From positions 33,523-97,522 of IMG/VR virus record IMGVR_UViG_3300048597_000133: DNA of 64,000 nt. The stretch is one strand, 5' to 3'. Below are positions 21,104 to 33,190 of the stretch, piece by piece (position 1 is the stretch's first letter; each line of letters begins with the position of its first letter). Under the pieces are notes generated by a model. That model was not told the DNA's origin. It searched no databases and saw nothing but the letters and a program-made list of their open reading frames with translations. The stretch is from a virus. Position numbers and translations under genes: made by a program.

Positions 21104-22127
21104 CAGTTTAGCATATACTATATTAAGTGTATGGGAGCTTTCTAACAGTTCTAATTATGCTCGAATAATAATGCGGCTCTCCTAAGTGATAAAGACCGAC
21201 TTTAAGCATAACCACATTATTCACGGTACGTCCAATAGTCATAGACACACTACTCCTCACGCTTTGTTTACTGGTCTGGTATTTGGTGAGCAGACAAGCG
21301 CAAAAGTGCTAAGTAGACTTATCTGTGTAACTAACAGACTATGGGTCTTAGTCAGCATATATCTTAAATAATTGTTCTAAATAAGCCAGCCGTATTTTCT
21401 GGTGACCCATAGGAATAAAGTCTACTGGGACGGCAGATAAAGATATGCCAGCGCTGGCGCTAAGGATTACATACGCCCTAAGGAGCTTCTTCTTTTCAGA
21501 GGGCTGACCAGTATGAGTTTTATCTAACATGTCTTCTAATAGAGTGGTGTAGCACTGAGTGATAAGGCGATATGTTGGGGATAGCGCCCCGCTTTACACC
21601 AAGTACGATGTAGAGGTATACGTTAAGGTTATTGATATAGCGCTGCTCTATGACCTTATAGGTGCGGCTTTTAACCACCGCAGTTTTCTTACGGTGTGTA
21701 GTCTTAGTTATCACGGCAATGATAGTGAGTCAACGAAGTTTTTTATCATTCGGGTCATTACCTCCAGGTAGATAGGTGGGTTTTCTACTGCTATCTCGCA
21801 TCGTCCGTTATCGTGGACACGAACTAAGAATCCGCATAACAGGTCTAAGTTTAAATAAGCATCGTACAGAGCATCGTGCCCATTGCGGGTAACGGGCAGG
21901 TGGGTTTTGGTTAGCATGGTTGGGTAACTAATCTAATCCTATAGTCTTATAAAGCCCGCCGATGATAAACCTAAAGCGGGCTGGTGGTCGGATCGACGCA
22001 TAGAACCTAACTTGCTGTTTGTATGGTTGAGTTAAGTATTTAACTGACACGCCTACTTCAGAGATTGCTGTGTCAATATGCTTGAAGACATTATTGCGCC
22101 GAGGTCGGCATTGGCAGTGCTTCTTTG

Positions 22128-22213
22128 TTACCATCTGCTTAAGACCCTATAAGTACTGCCACTAATAGATCTAAAATAAGCGGGCGGTCGTATGCAATGC
22201 TTTTTGTTATCAT
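22128..22213 (-). pseudogene. deleted, frameshifted MLTK-family copy
   Basis: MITK, then in a shifted frame KHCIRPPAYFRSISG; matches both ends of neighbour 21928-22134 (MVTKKHC...IRPPARFRFIIG). Confidence 0.65.
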
Positions 22214-22386
22214 TCCTCTAATATCCTGCGAACTGCCATAGAATTACGTTAATTGAGCGGAATTGATTGGGCGCCTCAATCTGAGGATAGAAATACAGTC
22301 TGTATCCCGTTGGGTGATATAAGTAACCAACCTGCATGCCTATGTCGTATACGGTTTTCGTGACTGTTCTTGCGGCGGGGTTGTCA

Positions 22387-23109
22387 CTATTTCGGCGGTA
22401 CTTCTTTGCTATCATTTGTCTTTTTATCTATATGTGCCCGAAGCTTGAATAAGATGTCATTAATTTTGAAGTAATAATGTAAGCCTCTGCTTCGACCTCT
22501 CTTAGGAATTAAATATGACCAACCTATTTCTACCCAGTTGTCATCTACAACATCTTCCACGTTAAAGTTATGGGCTGGGTGGATGTAGTAGATTTTTCCC
22601 TGTAAGTTCACAGCGACTTTTACGTCTATTAAGTCGCCAAGGTTATTCTTAATGCCTAACAGCATTGACCGATGACGGAAATACTCCCCCAAACTTTTAG
22701 CGGCTGCAAATCTATCTTCTGGCGACTCTAGCTCGACGGCACTTAATGCCTTAAGCATATCTAAGGTGACAGGGAGTAGCCGGTCATAGACTGTGATTAG
22801 CTCCGTAGTTGGTGACTGTAAGTCAAACTTGTACATACTGTGGTTACCTACAGGTTTCTCTGTTGTATAACCAGGGTTTTCTATTAAATCCACTAGATAG
22901 ATACTGAGTCTGGCTTGGTCTTCGGTGGGATTGTATTTAGGTAGTTGTTCGCGTTTGAACTTGTCTACGGCGGCGACTATCTCTTTCTTAGTGCCTCCCT
23001 TAATATAGTCTTCGTATCGTTCTATAGTTGAGTATTTAGCTTCTGAGTCGTCTAGATTGTAGAAGCTTATGGTTATTTTGTAGAGCCGTTTGGTTTTTTG
23101 TTTGGTCAT
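22387..23109 (-). CDS. hypothetical protein embedded in array A
   Basis: 240-aa ORF. Confidence 0.65.
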   Translation of the reverse strand: MTKQKTKRLYKITISFYNLDDSEAKYSTIERYEDYIKGGTKKEIVAAVDKFKREQLPKYNPTEDQARLSIYLVDLIENPGYTTEKPVGNHSMYKFDLQSPTTELITVYDRLLPVTLDMLKALSAVELESPEDRFAAAKSLGEYFRHRSMLLGIKNNLGDLIDVKVAVNLQGKIYYIHPAHNFNVEDVVDDNWVEIGWSYLIPKRGRSRGLHYYFKINDILFKLRAHIDKKTNDSKEVPPK

Positions 23110-24867
23110 TTCTTTAGTTAGCAGATAGTTGAGTTATTAGTAGTCTGCATATATACCGCAAGACGACTAAGCCTACCGTTTGGTTCATACACTCTCTGTA
23201 GTAGGTCACTTTTATAAGTTCACCTTCAATATAGGAGCTCAATCTCTCCACTACGACGTTGCAATAGAAACCCCTTCTAAGATTGTATGTGGGTTTAGGA
23301 ATCATTTCTTTAATGGTCCATAACGCACTATATGAAGTTTAAGCGCCCAACCAGCCGGGCAGATTAGATTGGAGTATGAGCTTAAACCATATTGCCAATA
23401 GAATAGTGGCTGGTCACGTAAAGAGGTATATAGTCTATCTCTAGTGACACCGTAATATACCCATTTAAAGTCGTGAGTGTGCTTAGATACCATGTAAAAC
23501 CCGCCGCCTTACTATAGTGTTTACAGTGTCGTACTTTTTGGTGCCGTCTATAGCTACGAAACTATAATAAGGGTCAGCTCTAAGCGTATAGGGCCCCCTA
23601 AGCGGACAGATTTTATCTGCGAAGACTGCCGGTAATAACAGGACCTTAGTGGTCCGGCGTTTTACACTTGGTGGTTTGGCTATCATATCTTATGCTGTTT
23701 TAACAGGGAAGGTACATATTCGCTAACTACGTCGCTCATAATGCGGAAGTAGCGCGGCGATTTAGCTGATACTGAGACCTCGTACCAAGTCGCTTCACGG
23801 TTTCTAGTTATAGTCTTCACATATCCTGTGTACATAGCCAAGTTCACGAATGTGAGTAGCAGCTCTTTGCGTATTACACGTGCTTGGCGTGGTTTAGCCA
23901 GCATATGTGATGCCCTTAATATAGAGGCAAAGAGGAGTACGGATACTTATGTGAAACCAAGTTAGCCCGGTGTCATAGGTTATTTCTTCAATGAACCCTG
24001 TAGATTTAGATAAGAGTACATAAGCTGAACGGATATCTTTCTGCTTCCTATTGACTTTAGTGTTGTATTTAGTCAGCATAAAACCTCCATCTTAAATACA
24101 TACACTTGTAGGCTGTATCACTCATGACATAAAAGCAGTAAGGTATGATTAATACCAACTGGTGCCATAGCATTTCATCACCATTAACCATTTCTGTCAC
24201 TATATATTTATAGTATTCAGCTAAGACCATAGAAGTCTTACTTAGTTCTTCGGGTTTTATGTTATATCGGCCATGTGATTTTGTTAACATATTCATTTTT
24301 AACAAGTTGGTCTACAATACTTCCTATAACAAAGATATGGGACGGTGTGTTTATAGGAACATCGTCCCAATGTAATCCTTTAGTCACGTACTGTATAAGA
24401 CCACTCCTATTTGCCAGTAACAAATAAGGATTCTTAGGTTTTGCTGATTTACTTAGTCTCATATCTACAAAGGAGGCTTTGGTCAACATGATAGCTTCTC
24501 GATATATCGTTCGAATACACCCCATAAGGCAATGATATAAGAAGGTGTACTTATAGGCACTTGATGCCATATCTCCTGCCTTCTGACATAGCATACACGT
24601 CTGCTAGCTTCTGCCAGTAGTACCCAGGGCTTAGGTCTTTTTCCATACGCCATAGTCATAGGATTAAGACTAGTCTTAGTTAGCATAGGCCGTATTTATA
24701 TAATTCGAATATATCGTCCAAGACAATAATGTGAAGAGGTGTTCTTAAGTTAACCCCTAGCCATTCCTCTTGTTTTCTGACATGGGTTAGAGGACTAGTG
24801 CTTGAGGCTATTAACGTATACACTTTAGACCTTTTATCTAGGTCTGAATCGATAAGGCTAGTTTTAG

Positions 24868-25056
24868 TCAGCATGAGAAACTTCTAGCGTATTGTTCGAA
24901 TGCACTGTCCAACGCAATAATATAAGAGGGCGTATCTATAGTCACCTAGTGCCACCCTTCTTGCTTTCTAACCTGCATTAAACGAGTAGCATTCCGCACT
25001 ATCATAGAAGATTTTTTATGTTGCCGTGTATTTACAAATTTAGTCTTGGTCAATAT
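24868..25056 (-). pseudogene. MLTK-family pseudogene
   Basis: ATA-LTKTK start and internal TAG at 24946-24948; VRKQEGWH*VTIDTPSYIIAL aligns with VRRQEIWHQVPISTPSYIIAL of 24483-24686. Confidence 0.75.
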
Positions 25057-25058
25057 AT

Positions 25059-25469
25059 TTAAACTTGGATATTTAGAACGTCATGCAGAGTTAAAACAAA
25101 CTTAGCCACCGACAATTCTTTTGACATCTGCAGTTGTATTTTCTCTTTGGCAGGTCCCCAATAAGTATAAACTGACTCTTCAGGTATAGTGGCACGCTGA
25201 AGATACTGCTCTGGTAAAAATACCATCACTGACTCGCCAAAGTTCCACCAGCGCTTGCTTTGTTTCGTAATGCGTATATAAACGCCGCGCGTAGGGTGAA
25301 TCATATAGCCTACACTCAAAGTGGCGTCCCACGTAACCGTTAACGGTTCGTTTATATCCTTTATAAGTTTAGAAATAGCTTCTACATGTTGAGAGATAAG
25401 ACCTTTTAATCTTTGTCTTTCTTGATAGTCCTGGTCGTCTATTAACTTTTTGGCGTCGCTGTAATTCAT
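25059..25469 (-). CDS. hypothetical protein
   Basis: 136-aa ORF. Confidence 0.6.
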   Translation of the reverse strand: MNYSDAKKLIDDQDYQERQRLKGLISQHVEAISKLIKDINEPLTVTWDATLSVGYMIHPTRGVYIRITKQSKRWWNFGESVMVFLPEQYLQRATIPEESVYTYWGPAKEKIQLQMSKELSVAKFVLTLHDVLNIQV

Positions 25470-25638
25470 AATTTGTGTGTTGTTGCTTAGTGGACAAGGT
25501 CGTACAAGCTACGACTTGCAACTACTGATTATTAATGTAATCATTGAGGTCATAGAAAACTTCTAGTAAGTAGACTATGTGGTGGAGCGTAGTTCTGACT
25601 GTTGGATGAGAAGCCCAAGCAGAACTAACTGTGTCCTG

Positions 25639-25680
25639 TGATAGACCTCCTTAAATTCACTATTTAAGGGAGGTCTATCA
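25639..25680. terminator. long hairpin downstream of the ligase gene
   Basis: TGATAGACCTCCTTAAAT...ATTTAAGGGAGGTCTATCA. Confidence 0.6.
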
Positions 25681-25708
25681 AAATAGAATAATGTCTGCGG
25701 TGTCTTCC

Positions 25709-26899
25709 TCACTCGTAATCTCTGAACGTTACGCCGATGGGAAAACGTGGTAGCCCGTCGTTTGTATAGCCAAAGTGCTTGATGGTTAAGGGCGTCATTT
25801 GCGGCGGCTTGTTATTGTACAAAGCCTCTTTCTGGGCAACAGTGCCTTGCATCTTTGCTTTGAAGGCTCCGTCTTTACTGCCAGCGATACAGACTGCAAT
25901 CAGATCCTCTACGCCCCGCTGCCCCAACTCAAAGTCAAGAAAGGGGAACTCATTAGAGTCGTACTCTTTAACTTTCAACAGGTTGGAGCTGCGCTGACCT
26001 TGGTCATAGCTGCCGTCTAGCAGGCGCACCATCACACCTTCATAGCCTTCTTGAACGTAATGGTCGTGGAGTTTTAATACTTCTTCTTTGTTAATGCAAA
26101 GATGCCCGGGGACTACGTGAGAATATAACCAAGAATTAGTAGCGAACAGCGAACTAATAGTCTCCCACCTTACTACTTGTGTGGAGTCAGAAACAACGTC
26201 ATAGACCATATACCGTAAGGTTAGAGATTCATCTCGGTATTTCTTAACGCAGGCTACTATCTCTTGGAAGGTGAGTCCGTGTGCGTAAATCTCACCGTCT
26301 AAGATAATGGGTTTTGTAAGACTATCTTCTAGTTCCTTCGTTATGTGGGGTAAAGTGCTATACGTCTTGCCAGTGCGGGATAACATAGTGACTTTTTCCC
26401 CATCAAAGATACAAAGGCAACGGACTCCGTCGTATTTGGGCATTACAAGGCAACCATAGTTGACTTTCTTCCAGTTTACTGACTTGGCCAGCATTGGTTT
26501 TACATTGCCCTGGGCGTCAGTCATATAGGTAGGTAAAGCCTCTTCTAAAGCGTTCTTAAGCGTTGAATAGAGTGTGTTGTTGTATGAGAAAGCGGAGGCT
26601 GTTGTTCCTTGTACCCACTCAATACCTAAATCTTCTATAGTCTTGTAGCCTTGGTCTTTCTTTTTCTTCCAGTCGGACTCAGCCTGGCTCTTGGCTTGCT
26701 CTAAGGGAGTCGTTTGATTCGCGCGTCCCAAGTTTTTGCCTTCTTGAACATGTTCGATGTTCTCTAAGGGTTTGTCGGTGCCGTACTGTCCAGAGGTTTT
26801 GGTAATGATAGCTGTGCCGTCGGCTTGGGCAGTAACATCAATCTCCCAGAATTGTATCGCGGTCGTGCGGGTGCGTTTGTAGAGCAGGGGCAGCTTCAT
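25709..26899 (-). CDS. lig: ATP-dependent DNA ligase
   Basis: PMLA, KYDGVR (motif I), LDGEIY, YMVYD, EGVMVR, LLKVK, PRFP. Confidence 0.95.
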   Translation of the reverse strand: MKLPLLYKRTRTTAIQFWEIDVTAQADGTAIITKTSGQYGTDKPLENIEHVQEGKNLGRANQTTPLEQAKSQAESDWKKKKDQGYKTIEDLGIEWVQGTTASAFSYNNTLYSTLKNALEEALPTYMTDAQGNVKPMLAKSVNWKKVNYGCLVMPKYDGVRCLCIFDGEKVTMLSRTGKTYSTLPHITKELEDSLTKPIILDGEIYAHGLTFQEIVACVKKYRDESLTLRYMVYDVVSDSTQVVRWETISSLFATNSWLYSHVVPGHLCINKEEVLKLHDHYVQEGYEGVMVRLLDGSYDQGQRSSNLLKVKEYDSNEFPFLDFELGQRGVEDLIAVCIAGSKDGAFKAKMQGTVAQKEALYNNKPPQMTPLTIKHFGYTNDGLPRFPIGVTFRDYE

Positions 26900-26903
26900 G
26901 AGA

Positions 26904-27561
26904 TTAATCAGAATAGAATGTTGTGCGTAGGTTAAGAGGGTCCGCGGCGGTGGGACTATCCATCGTACGCATAGGGATTTTGGTTAGGTAATAGGTGGAC
27001 ATTAACGCTTTACTATTGCCGGATGCGTTGAGATCGACCCACCTCTCGTGGACTACTTGTGCGTAGTAGACTTCTTCTTTTTTATCCATATTCAGTTGAG
27101 AATATTGGTAGTTTTAGGCAGCTTAAAACCTTTTGTTGATAATCCGCATCCAGTCGCTGCTTAATTACCTCTGGGTTTTCCTCAGTTACTTGCTCATTAA
27201 GACTCCACGGCGTGTTGTAGATGGCTTTCCGAGCTGTCCACCTAATCCAAATAGTACCAAAGGGCGTGCCTGCAATGTATTCATTGCAGGCTCCATAGTC
27301 TTCACTTTCAGGCCAGTGGGTCATTTCCCAATCTAGGGGTTTAACAAGGTTGTTCATGGGTTAAAGAGTAGTGGTTATGTTCTTAATGGTTAGGGCTAGG
27401 TGCTCTACTTCGGCTTGATCTGGTCGACAGTTGTACAACCTCAATACTCCTTTGTAGAGCCTGATATCCGGCGGCAACATTAGCTTGGTACCTTTTTTAC
27501 CAATGCTGTGGAGCCACCTTAAAGTCTCCCCGAGGTCTACTAGGGCGGTGAGGTTCGGCAT
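26904..27561 (-). CDS. three small hypothetical proteins (26904, 27082, 27361)
   Basis: Co-oriented ORFs; 27082-27357 is paralogous to the C-terminal part of 49315-49785. Confidence 0.55.
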
Positions 27562-27599
27562 ATAGTAGACGTCGATTAGGTCGTTGTCGGGGAAGGTTA

Positions 27600-29003
27600 A
27601 GGGGGTTTGAAACTGTTGGCATAAATCTGTAGAAAATAGTAGAATCTAGTAGTAATGGTTGCACAGCGTAATTCCATGAGACAAGTTGAACGAACATACA
27701 TTAAGCTATCGAGTGCCTATTTCTCCACAGTGGATGATTTATCGTGGAGGGCAAAGAATTTATACAACTTAGCCAACTACCACATCAGACAAGAGTTCTT
27801 CAAGTCTGGTGGATATATTGGATTCTTTGACCTTTATCACCTCCTAAAGGGGACAGAGGCATACTTGGACTTGCCTACAAAGGTGTCCAAACAGATAGTT
27901 AAACGTGTTGCTCAGACCTGGAAAGGTTATTTAGCCGCACACAAAGACTGGAAGCGTAATCCACATAAGTACCTAGGAGAGCCAAAGATTCCTGGTTACT
28001 TGGATAAGGAAAAAGGACGTTATTTAATCCCGTATCCTATAGACGCAATCAGTCGTCCTGCGCTTAGAGAAGGATTCATTAAACCGTCCATGACGAAGAT
28101 GCGTATCCCAACTCAAGTCAAAGACGTTAAGGTCTGCGAGGTGCGCTTTGTGCCTAAAACAGATTGCTACGTTATGGAAGTTGTGTACGAGGTAGAAGGC
28201 AAGGAACTTACCGAGGATAATGGTGTAGTTGCTGGATTAGACCTAGGGCTTAACAACCTTTGTACAGTCGCTACCAATCGACTCGATGTTGCCCCTCTTA
28301 TTGTTAACGGAAGGGGACTAAAGTCTATAAACCAGTTCTACAACAAGACTAAAGCTGACATCCAGTCTAAGTTAAGCGGGAAGCGTAAATCCTCTGCAAG
28401 GTTGCGCCTATTAACTCAGAAGCGGAATCAGCGTGTAGATTCTGCTCTGCATCAAGCTAGTAGAAAGGTAATTGACTACTGTGTCGAAAACCTAGTAACG
28501 ACGCTTGTAGTGGGCTACAACAGCTTGTGGAAACAAGAGATTAACATCGGTAAGCGTAACAACCAGCAGTTTACTCAAATCCCCCACCGTAAACTGATAG
28601 ACCAAATCACATATAAGGCGGCGCTTGTAGGTATCAAGGTAATAGAGACAGAGGAAAGCTACACCAGCAAATGCTCTGCTTATGACCTAGAACCTGTCAA
28701 GAAGCATAAGTCCTATGTAGGTCGTAGGGTTAAGCGTGGACTGTTTAAGACTGCCACTGGATTGTTGGTTAATGCCGACGTTAATGGAGCATTAAATTGC
28801 ATCTTAAAAGTATTCAGCAACGAGGTTATCTTCGAGTTGATAGGGGCTCAGCCGTTGCGCCCTAGAGTGGTTAATCCAATCTAAAAACATTACCTCGTAT
28901 TTCTACAGGTTTTGTGAACGGTTAGGGGACATAAGACTAGCTCAGCTAGCTGTTCCTGTTTGAGCCCCGAATCCCATCGGCTTTAGCCGTGGGAGTGGGT
29001 CAA
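27600..29003 (+). mobile_element. TnpB-only IS200/IS605-type element; omega-RNA/right end at ~28850-29003
   Basis: Subterminal hairpin TCCCATCGGCTTTAGCCGTGGGA followed by TCAA at 29000-29003; left end not resolved; no tnpA. Confidence 0.7.
27655..28884 (+). CDS. tnpB: TnpB RNA-guided endonuclease
   Basis: KNLYNLANY, GLDLG (RuvC-I), LHQAS, VVG, EESYTSK, NADVNGA (RuvC-III); start probably MRQVER. Confidence 0.92.
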   Translation: MVAQRNSMRQVERTYIKLSSAYFSTVDDLSWRAKNLYNLANYHIRQEFFKSGGYIGFFDLYHLLKGTEAYLDLPTKVSKQIVKRVAQTWKGYLAAHKDWKRNPHKYLGEPKIPGYLDKEKGRYLIPYPIDAISRPALREGFIKPSMTKMRIPTQVKDVKVCEVRFVPKTDCYVMEVVYEVEGKELTEDNGVVAGLDLGLNNLCTVATNRLDVAPLIVNGRGLKSINQFYNKTKADIQSKLSGKRKSSARLRLLTQKRNQRVDSALHQASRKVIDYCVENLVTTLVVGYNSLWKQEINIGKRNNQQFTQIPHRKLIDQITYKAALVGIKVIETEESYTSKCSAYDLEPVKKHKSYVGRRVKRGLFKTATGLLVNADVNGALNCILKVFSNEVIFELIGAQPLRPRVVNPI

Positions 29004-29040
29004 TCTCCAAGGAATTAGAGTAGGAGTAGTTAGGTGTTGT

Positions 29041-29310
29041 TTAGCTAGCATAATTTTTAAGTGCGGCGCGGGCAACTGTTTCAGCAAAACCTTTAGAGTT
29101 ACCAACATGGCTAGTGTAGAGCCAATAGCCTTTAAGTAAGAGTCCCTCCTCATGTGAAAACTTCTTAACTTCGCTACACATACGCTGAGACAAAGTGTGA
29201 TGCTTATTATCGTTACACCAGTTAGATAGCAGTGAGTAGAATTCCCTCAGCTTTAATTCTTTCAGTTGAGCGCCGGCTAACTTACGGCACTTGGCTTTGT
29301 CAAAAATCAT
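29041..29310 (-). CDS. hypothetical protein
   Basis: 89-aa ORF coupled to the end of array B. Confidence 0.55.
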   Translation of the reverse strand: MIFDKAKCRKLAGAQLKELKLREFYSLLSNWCNDNKHHTLSQRMCSEVKKFSHEEGLLLKGYWLYTSHVGNSKGFAETVARAALKNYAS

Positions 29311-32300
29311 CTTTTGTTTCTAATCCTGTTGGCTACAATATGTACAGCAAAGCAATAGTTAAAGTGCCTTGTGTCCGGGTCATACTTAGGATACACGTCA
29401 TACTCTGACCTAATATCATTGCGTAGTTTAAAAGCCAAGTCGAAGGTAGTCATTCTACTAAAGGGCGACCTTTTCCTGCTGATGGTTTTCTTTTTAGTTA
29501 GCATCGGCCCAGATACTGTATTAAGGTGTAGTGCATCTTATTGAGAGCTGGTAGATTAGACCTATATAGCGACTCTCGGAACACATTACGCCTGGAGATG
29601 TGGGACTTTAAGTTAAACTTCAGACCGGCTGGAGCCAAACCACTATTAGGCTTCTTTAGCATAAACTGTCATATCGTTATGATTTATATAGTTCAGGTAT
29701 TCGCCTACTTCTACGTTTATATAGGTGATGTTAAACCTGCTGTCCCTTTTCATGACAGCAGCAAGTATCACGGTATATAACTCAAGGTGCAGTTTCTGTG
29801 ATACATAGCCGGGTCTACAGAGCTCATCGGATAAATTAAGTTTAGATATCATACGTGTAGTATAAGCAGACCCCGACTCGGGCAACCATCAACGTATAAA
29901 CTGCTCTCATCTTTAATATGTACGGGTCAGGGAGGCATTCTTGTAGGTCTGACAGTGTATTACATACGTCGGAGCAGCAGGTAGTAGCGCCGGCCTTCAC
30001 TGTGTTAGTCTTTATTAACATACTTTGGTAGTGTAAAGCGTTGTAGGTCCACCGCTAGTGATATTCGCCAGTTTACTTTAAATGAGTGCCGATACATAAC
30101 TCTATATTTAAGGGTGTTTAATGTCTGCTCAAGCACACCATAGCTACAAACTGCTCTTTTATCTTTTAGGTGCGCTTTGTTAATCATTAAATCCCCTTAA
30201 ATACTCATGTAATGTAAGACCTAATAATCTATGAGCTACTATTGGAGTTTTAAATAGGAACCTTTCGCACCACAATGGACTAGCTATTCCTTCTAATACT
30301 CGGTGTAGTTTGCCATAACAAAGAAAGTTCTTTTTGCTTCTTGACTGTCTCTTTCCTAGCATACTAATAGGTAGTTACAATGACGCCAGCGCAGGCCCAA
30401 GACAATACTGTCAGCAGAGCAACTTGCAATTTGATAGGTAGACGGTAATGATTGACCCAGTATAAGGCAATAACGCCGCCGGCTAGGTAGATACTTAAGA
30501 CGATAGTGGTTTGCATGATGGTAATAATGTCAAATGAATAGAAAAGCCCCATCAGTGTTACCTGATGGAGCCGCAGCTAGAGTAGGAGAACTTGGTTCAG
30601 TTAGTTATCTTTTTGCTTAGCGGGCATTTGTGGTAACACCTTGGCTATATCCTTGCCTACAGCTTCCCAATCTTTAGCTAAAGCACGCCGGTCAAATTCC
30701 CAAGCTTCCTTGTTGGTCATTGGGCGGCGCCATCGTCCACTACCCCTAATATCTAAAACCCTACCCATACCATATAAAAAAGACTTAAGATTGTTCTTCA
30801 TACTTACTACCTAGAGTTTCATGGTGTTTCACTATGAGAGCAATGACCGCTAATGGCTTTTTCATTTCAAGGTCTAGAGCATAGTCTATCTTACTGAGGT
30901 TAGCGCTAATAACGTTTAATACAAGGTTCGTCATTCCTTTCACTGAAATGCTGTCTCTTTGGTCGCACTCAAATTCAGGCATGAGTATCTCGCAAACTTG
31001 TTTATTAATCATAACCAATTTAATGCAATTTTCTGTCCCATGACTTGTTTATAGACCAACCTATAAAAATAAGACAGGCAGCATAACGGTAAGTATTTGG
31101 TAGACCTTGCTTAGACAAACACTTCAATAGTGAGTCCTTAACTTTTACCATTGCTGCCTGCTCATAGACCATAAACTCACGAGATAAGACTCTTACAATT
31201 CTCGTCTTACAACTTTGTTTAGTTATCATAACTACATTCTCCATTTTGTAAGACCCCAAGATTTGTCTAGCATTAAACCCATAGAAACAAAACAAAAATC
31301 ATGACCGAGTTCTGGTAGTCCAACGGTGTATGAATCAAGTATGCTCCAGACTTTTAACTCGACCCAACGATTAGACTGTACAGTGTGCGCCTTTTTCAGA
31401 TGTACACTATATAAATCGGGCTTTAGCGTCTTTTTAGTTAGCATAATGTCTTGGATATACCAGTAGCTATAGCATCAAATATGTGCCCACTATCTAAGAC
31501 GTATAGGTCTATATACAGGCTCCTTAACGCATGAAAAATCTTAACATCGTCTGTGACGGCCAGCCACTCTCCCCTCGATCTGGGTAAGGGCTCAAGGTTA
31601 TATTTACTTAACATAATCTCCGCTATCTAAATGAAGTACCACTGACAGCCAAGCTACGTAACTATTAGAGCTTCTTTGATATCTTACAGCGGGCTTGTCT
31701 GTATTCTTACGCGAATGGGTTTTGGAAAGCATACGCTGAAAGACATGAGATTAATATCACGTGCCAAGTTTAAGCATGAAAAAGATTTAATAAGCACTAT
31801 ATTACAATACTGCTTAGTCAGCATATGCTCTAATGAAGTGCCTATACGGCGTGGTTTACGTTTTTTATTCAGCATACCTATGTAGTCTAGGAACAGTAAC
31901 AATGCTTACATCAAACATTGGTAGACTGGGTACCTTTTTGTACATATACCACTTATCTATATAAAGTCTTATTCTTATGCAAACTCTATACAGGCTGTAT
32001 TTCCGTGCGTATACTCTGACCTTTGATTTATTTAACATTCTGATTTAGCCCATAGTAATGAAGAAAGAGGAGTAACTATTTCAACAATCCCATATAATTC
32101 AGGGTTAATGCGATAAGTGCTCCGTAGATATGCACGGTCTATTTTTGACCTGGCCCTATGATAGGCGACCAAGCGCGCGTGTACCTTGGCTTTTGATTTA
32201 TTCAACACTAATATCGTGCCCCTATTACTTTATATATGTTATCTACATACCCTAGGAACAGAATGCCATTCTCGAAGTAGAGGTGGTCAAACATCCAGTC

Positions 32301-33064
32301 TCTCATCATACCTATTGGCCTACCTGCGTCATACATGGATAGGTAATGAGTGTCAGAAAATCTGTGGGTGTTTCTTTTGGTTAGCATCAATTTTGCTCTG
32401 ATATAGTCCTGCACATTTTTCTGATTTTAAAATACTCTCTTTGTACAGCACGATTTTTTACCTGTAAACGACGGGACAGATAACTAAGCACTTCTTGTCT
32501 TATTATTTCTAGTAGTGGTCGTTGTTTACGATTAATATATGTTAGGAAATTAGCGCCCGCAAACCGACACGTATTTCTTTTATTTAACATAAGGGCGCAA
32601 TGACTTATAACGTTCCTTAATGATGTATCTAGTAAGCATCAAAGGTCTGTCTGGCATAATAATCTCATATAAAATCATGGTTATATGATGGCTCGTGAAA
32701 GTATATTCTCTGCGCCGCGTTTTAGTATTTCGTTTAGTCAGCATAATAACTAATATTTTTATAGCGATTTCTGATAAACCATTTAGCGGTCATTAAAGGT
32801 TGTCCTTTTGTATTAAAGCTATCTATTGTCCAGCTGACACTATAGTGTGCAGCGTTATAATACCGACGATATACTTTAGTATTTCGTTTAGTCAACATGA
32901 GCTTAAAGTACTACTGATTTGTGCATTAACATAATATCTACTCTGGTAGGTAGTATTTTGGGTGATATTAAAGACCTTGACTTTTTACAGCAAGTATTTA
33001 TTACCTGGTGAATAGGACCTACGCAAACTTTGCGCTGCACTTTAATGTTATGTTTGGCAAGCAT
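29307..33064 (-). other. MLTK microprotein array B (about 19 units, interrupted by 30364-30801)
   Basis: Starts at 33064, 32898, 32744, 32590, 32387, 32208 (GTG), 32038, 31875, 31824, 31614, 31444, 31229, 31012, 30362, 30187, 30021, 29852, 29662 and 29504; several are <60 aa, absent from the ORF track and verified open by hand. Confidence 0.8.
30364..30801 (-). CDS. two small non-family ORFs inside array B (membrane peptide 30364-30552; 30601-30801)
   Basis: Hydrophobic two-TM peptide; 66-aa ORF SFLYGMG...D..AL..DWEAVG.D. Confidence 0.55.
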
Positions 33065-33098
33065 AATAGAAAAGCGCCTCCACAAAGTGAAGACGCTG
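33065..33098 (-). terminator. hairpin plus U-tract abutting the first ATG of array B
   Basis: AGCGTCTTCAC-TTT-GTGGAGGCGCT-TTTCTATT-ATG on the minus strand. Confidence 0.65.
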
Positions 33099-33190
33099 GG
33101 TAACCGTAAAAAACAGAGAGTTACTAGGCACTCCTTCCTAGACGGCCCGGACAATCCTCCGAGTGCAAAAGGGGGCCGGCGTTAATTTAA

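Larger units (their letters stand above)
21123..25056 (-). other. MLTK microprotein array A (about 18 units, interrupted by 22387-23109)
   Basis: Starts at 25056 (ATA), 24874, 24686, 24489, 24290, 24079, 23904, 23686, 23493, 23305, 22415, 22213, 22134, 21917, 21714, 21530, 21358 and 21293 (CTG), all M-[LIV]-x-K, mostly overlapping stop/start. Confidence 0.8.

Noticed and set aside
24946-24948. In-frame TAG as evidence of amber stop-codon recoding
   Set aside because: Conserved genes such as thyX, phoH and tnpB (33505) end at TAG at expected lengths and long genes show no internal TAG; this unit also lost its ATG, so it is a pseudogene.
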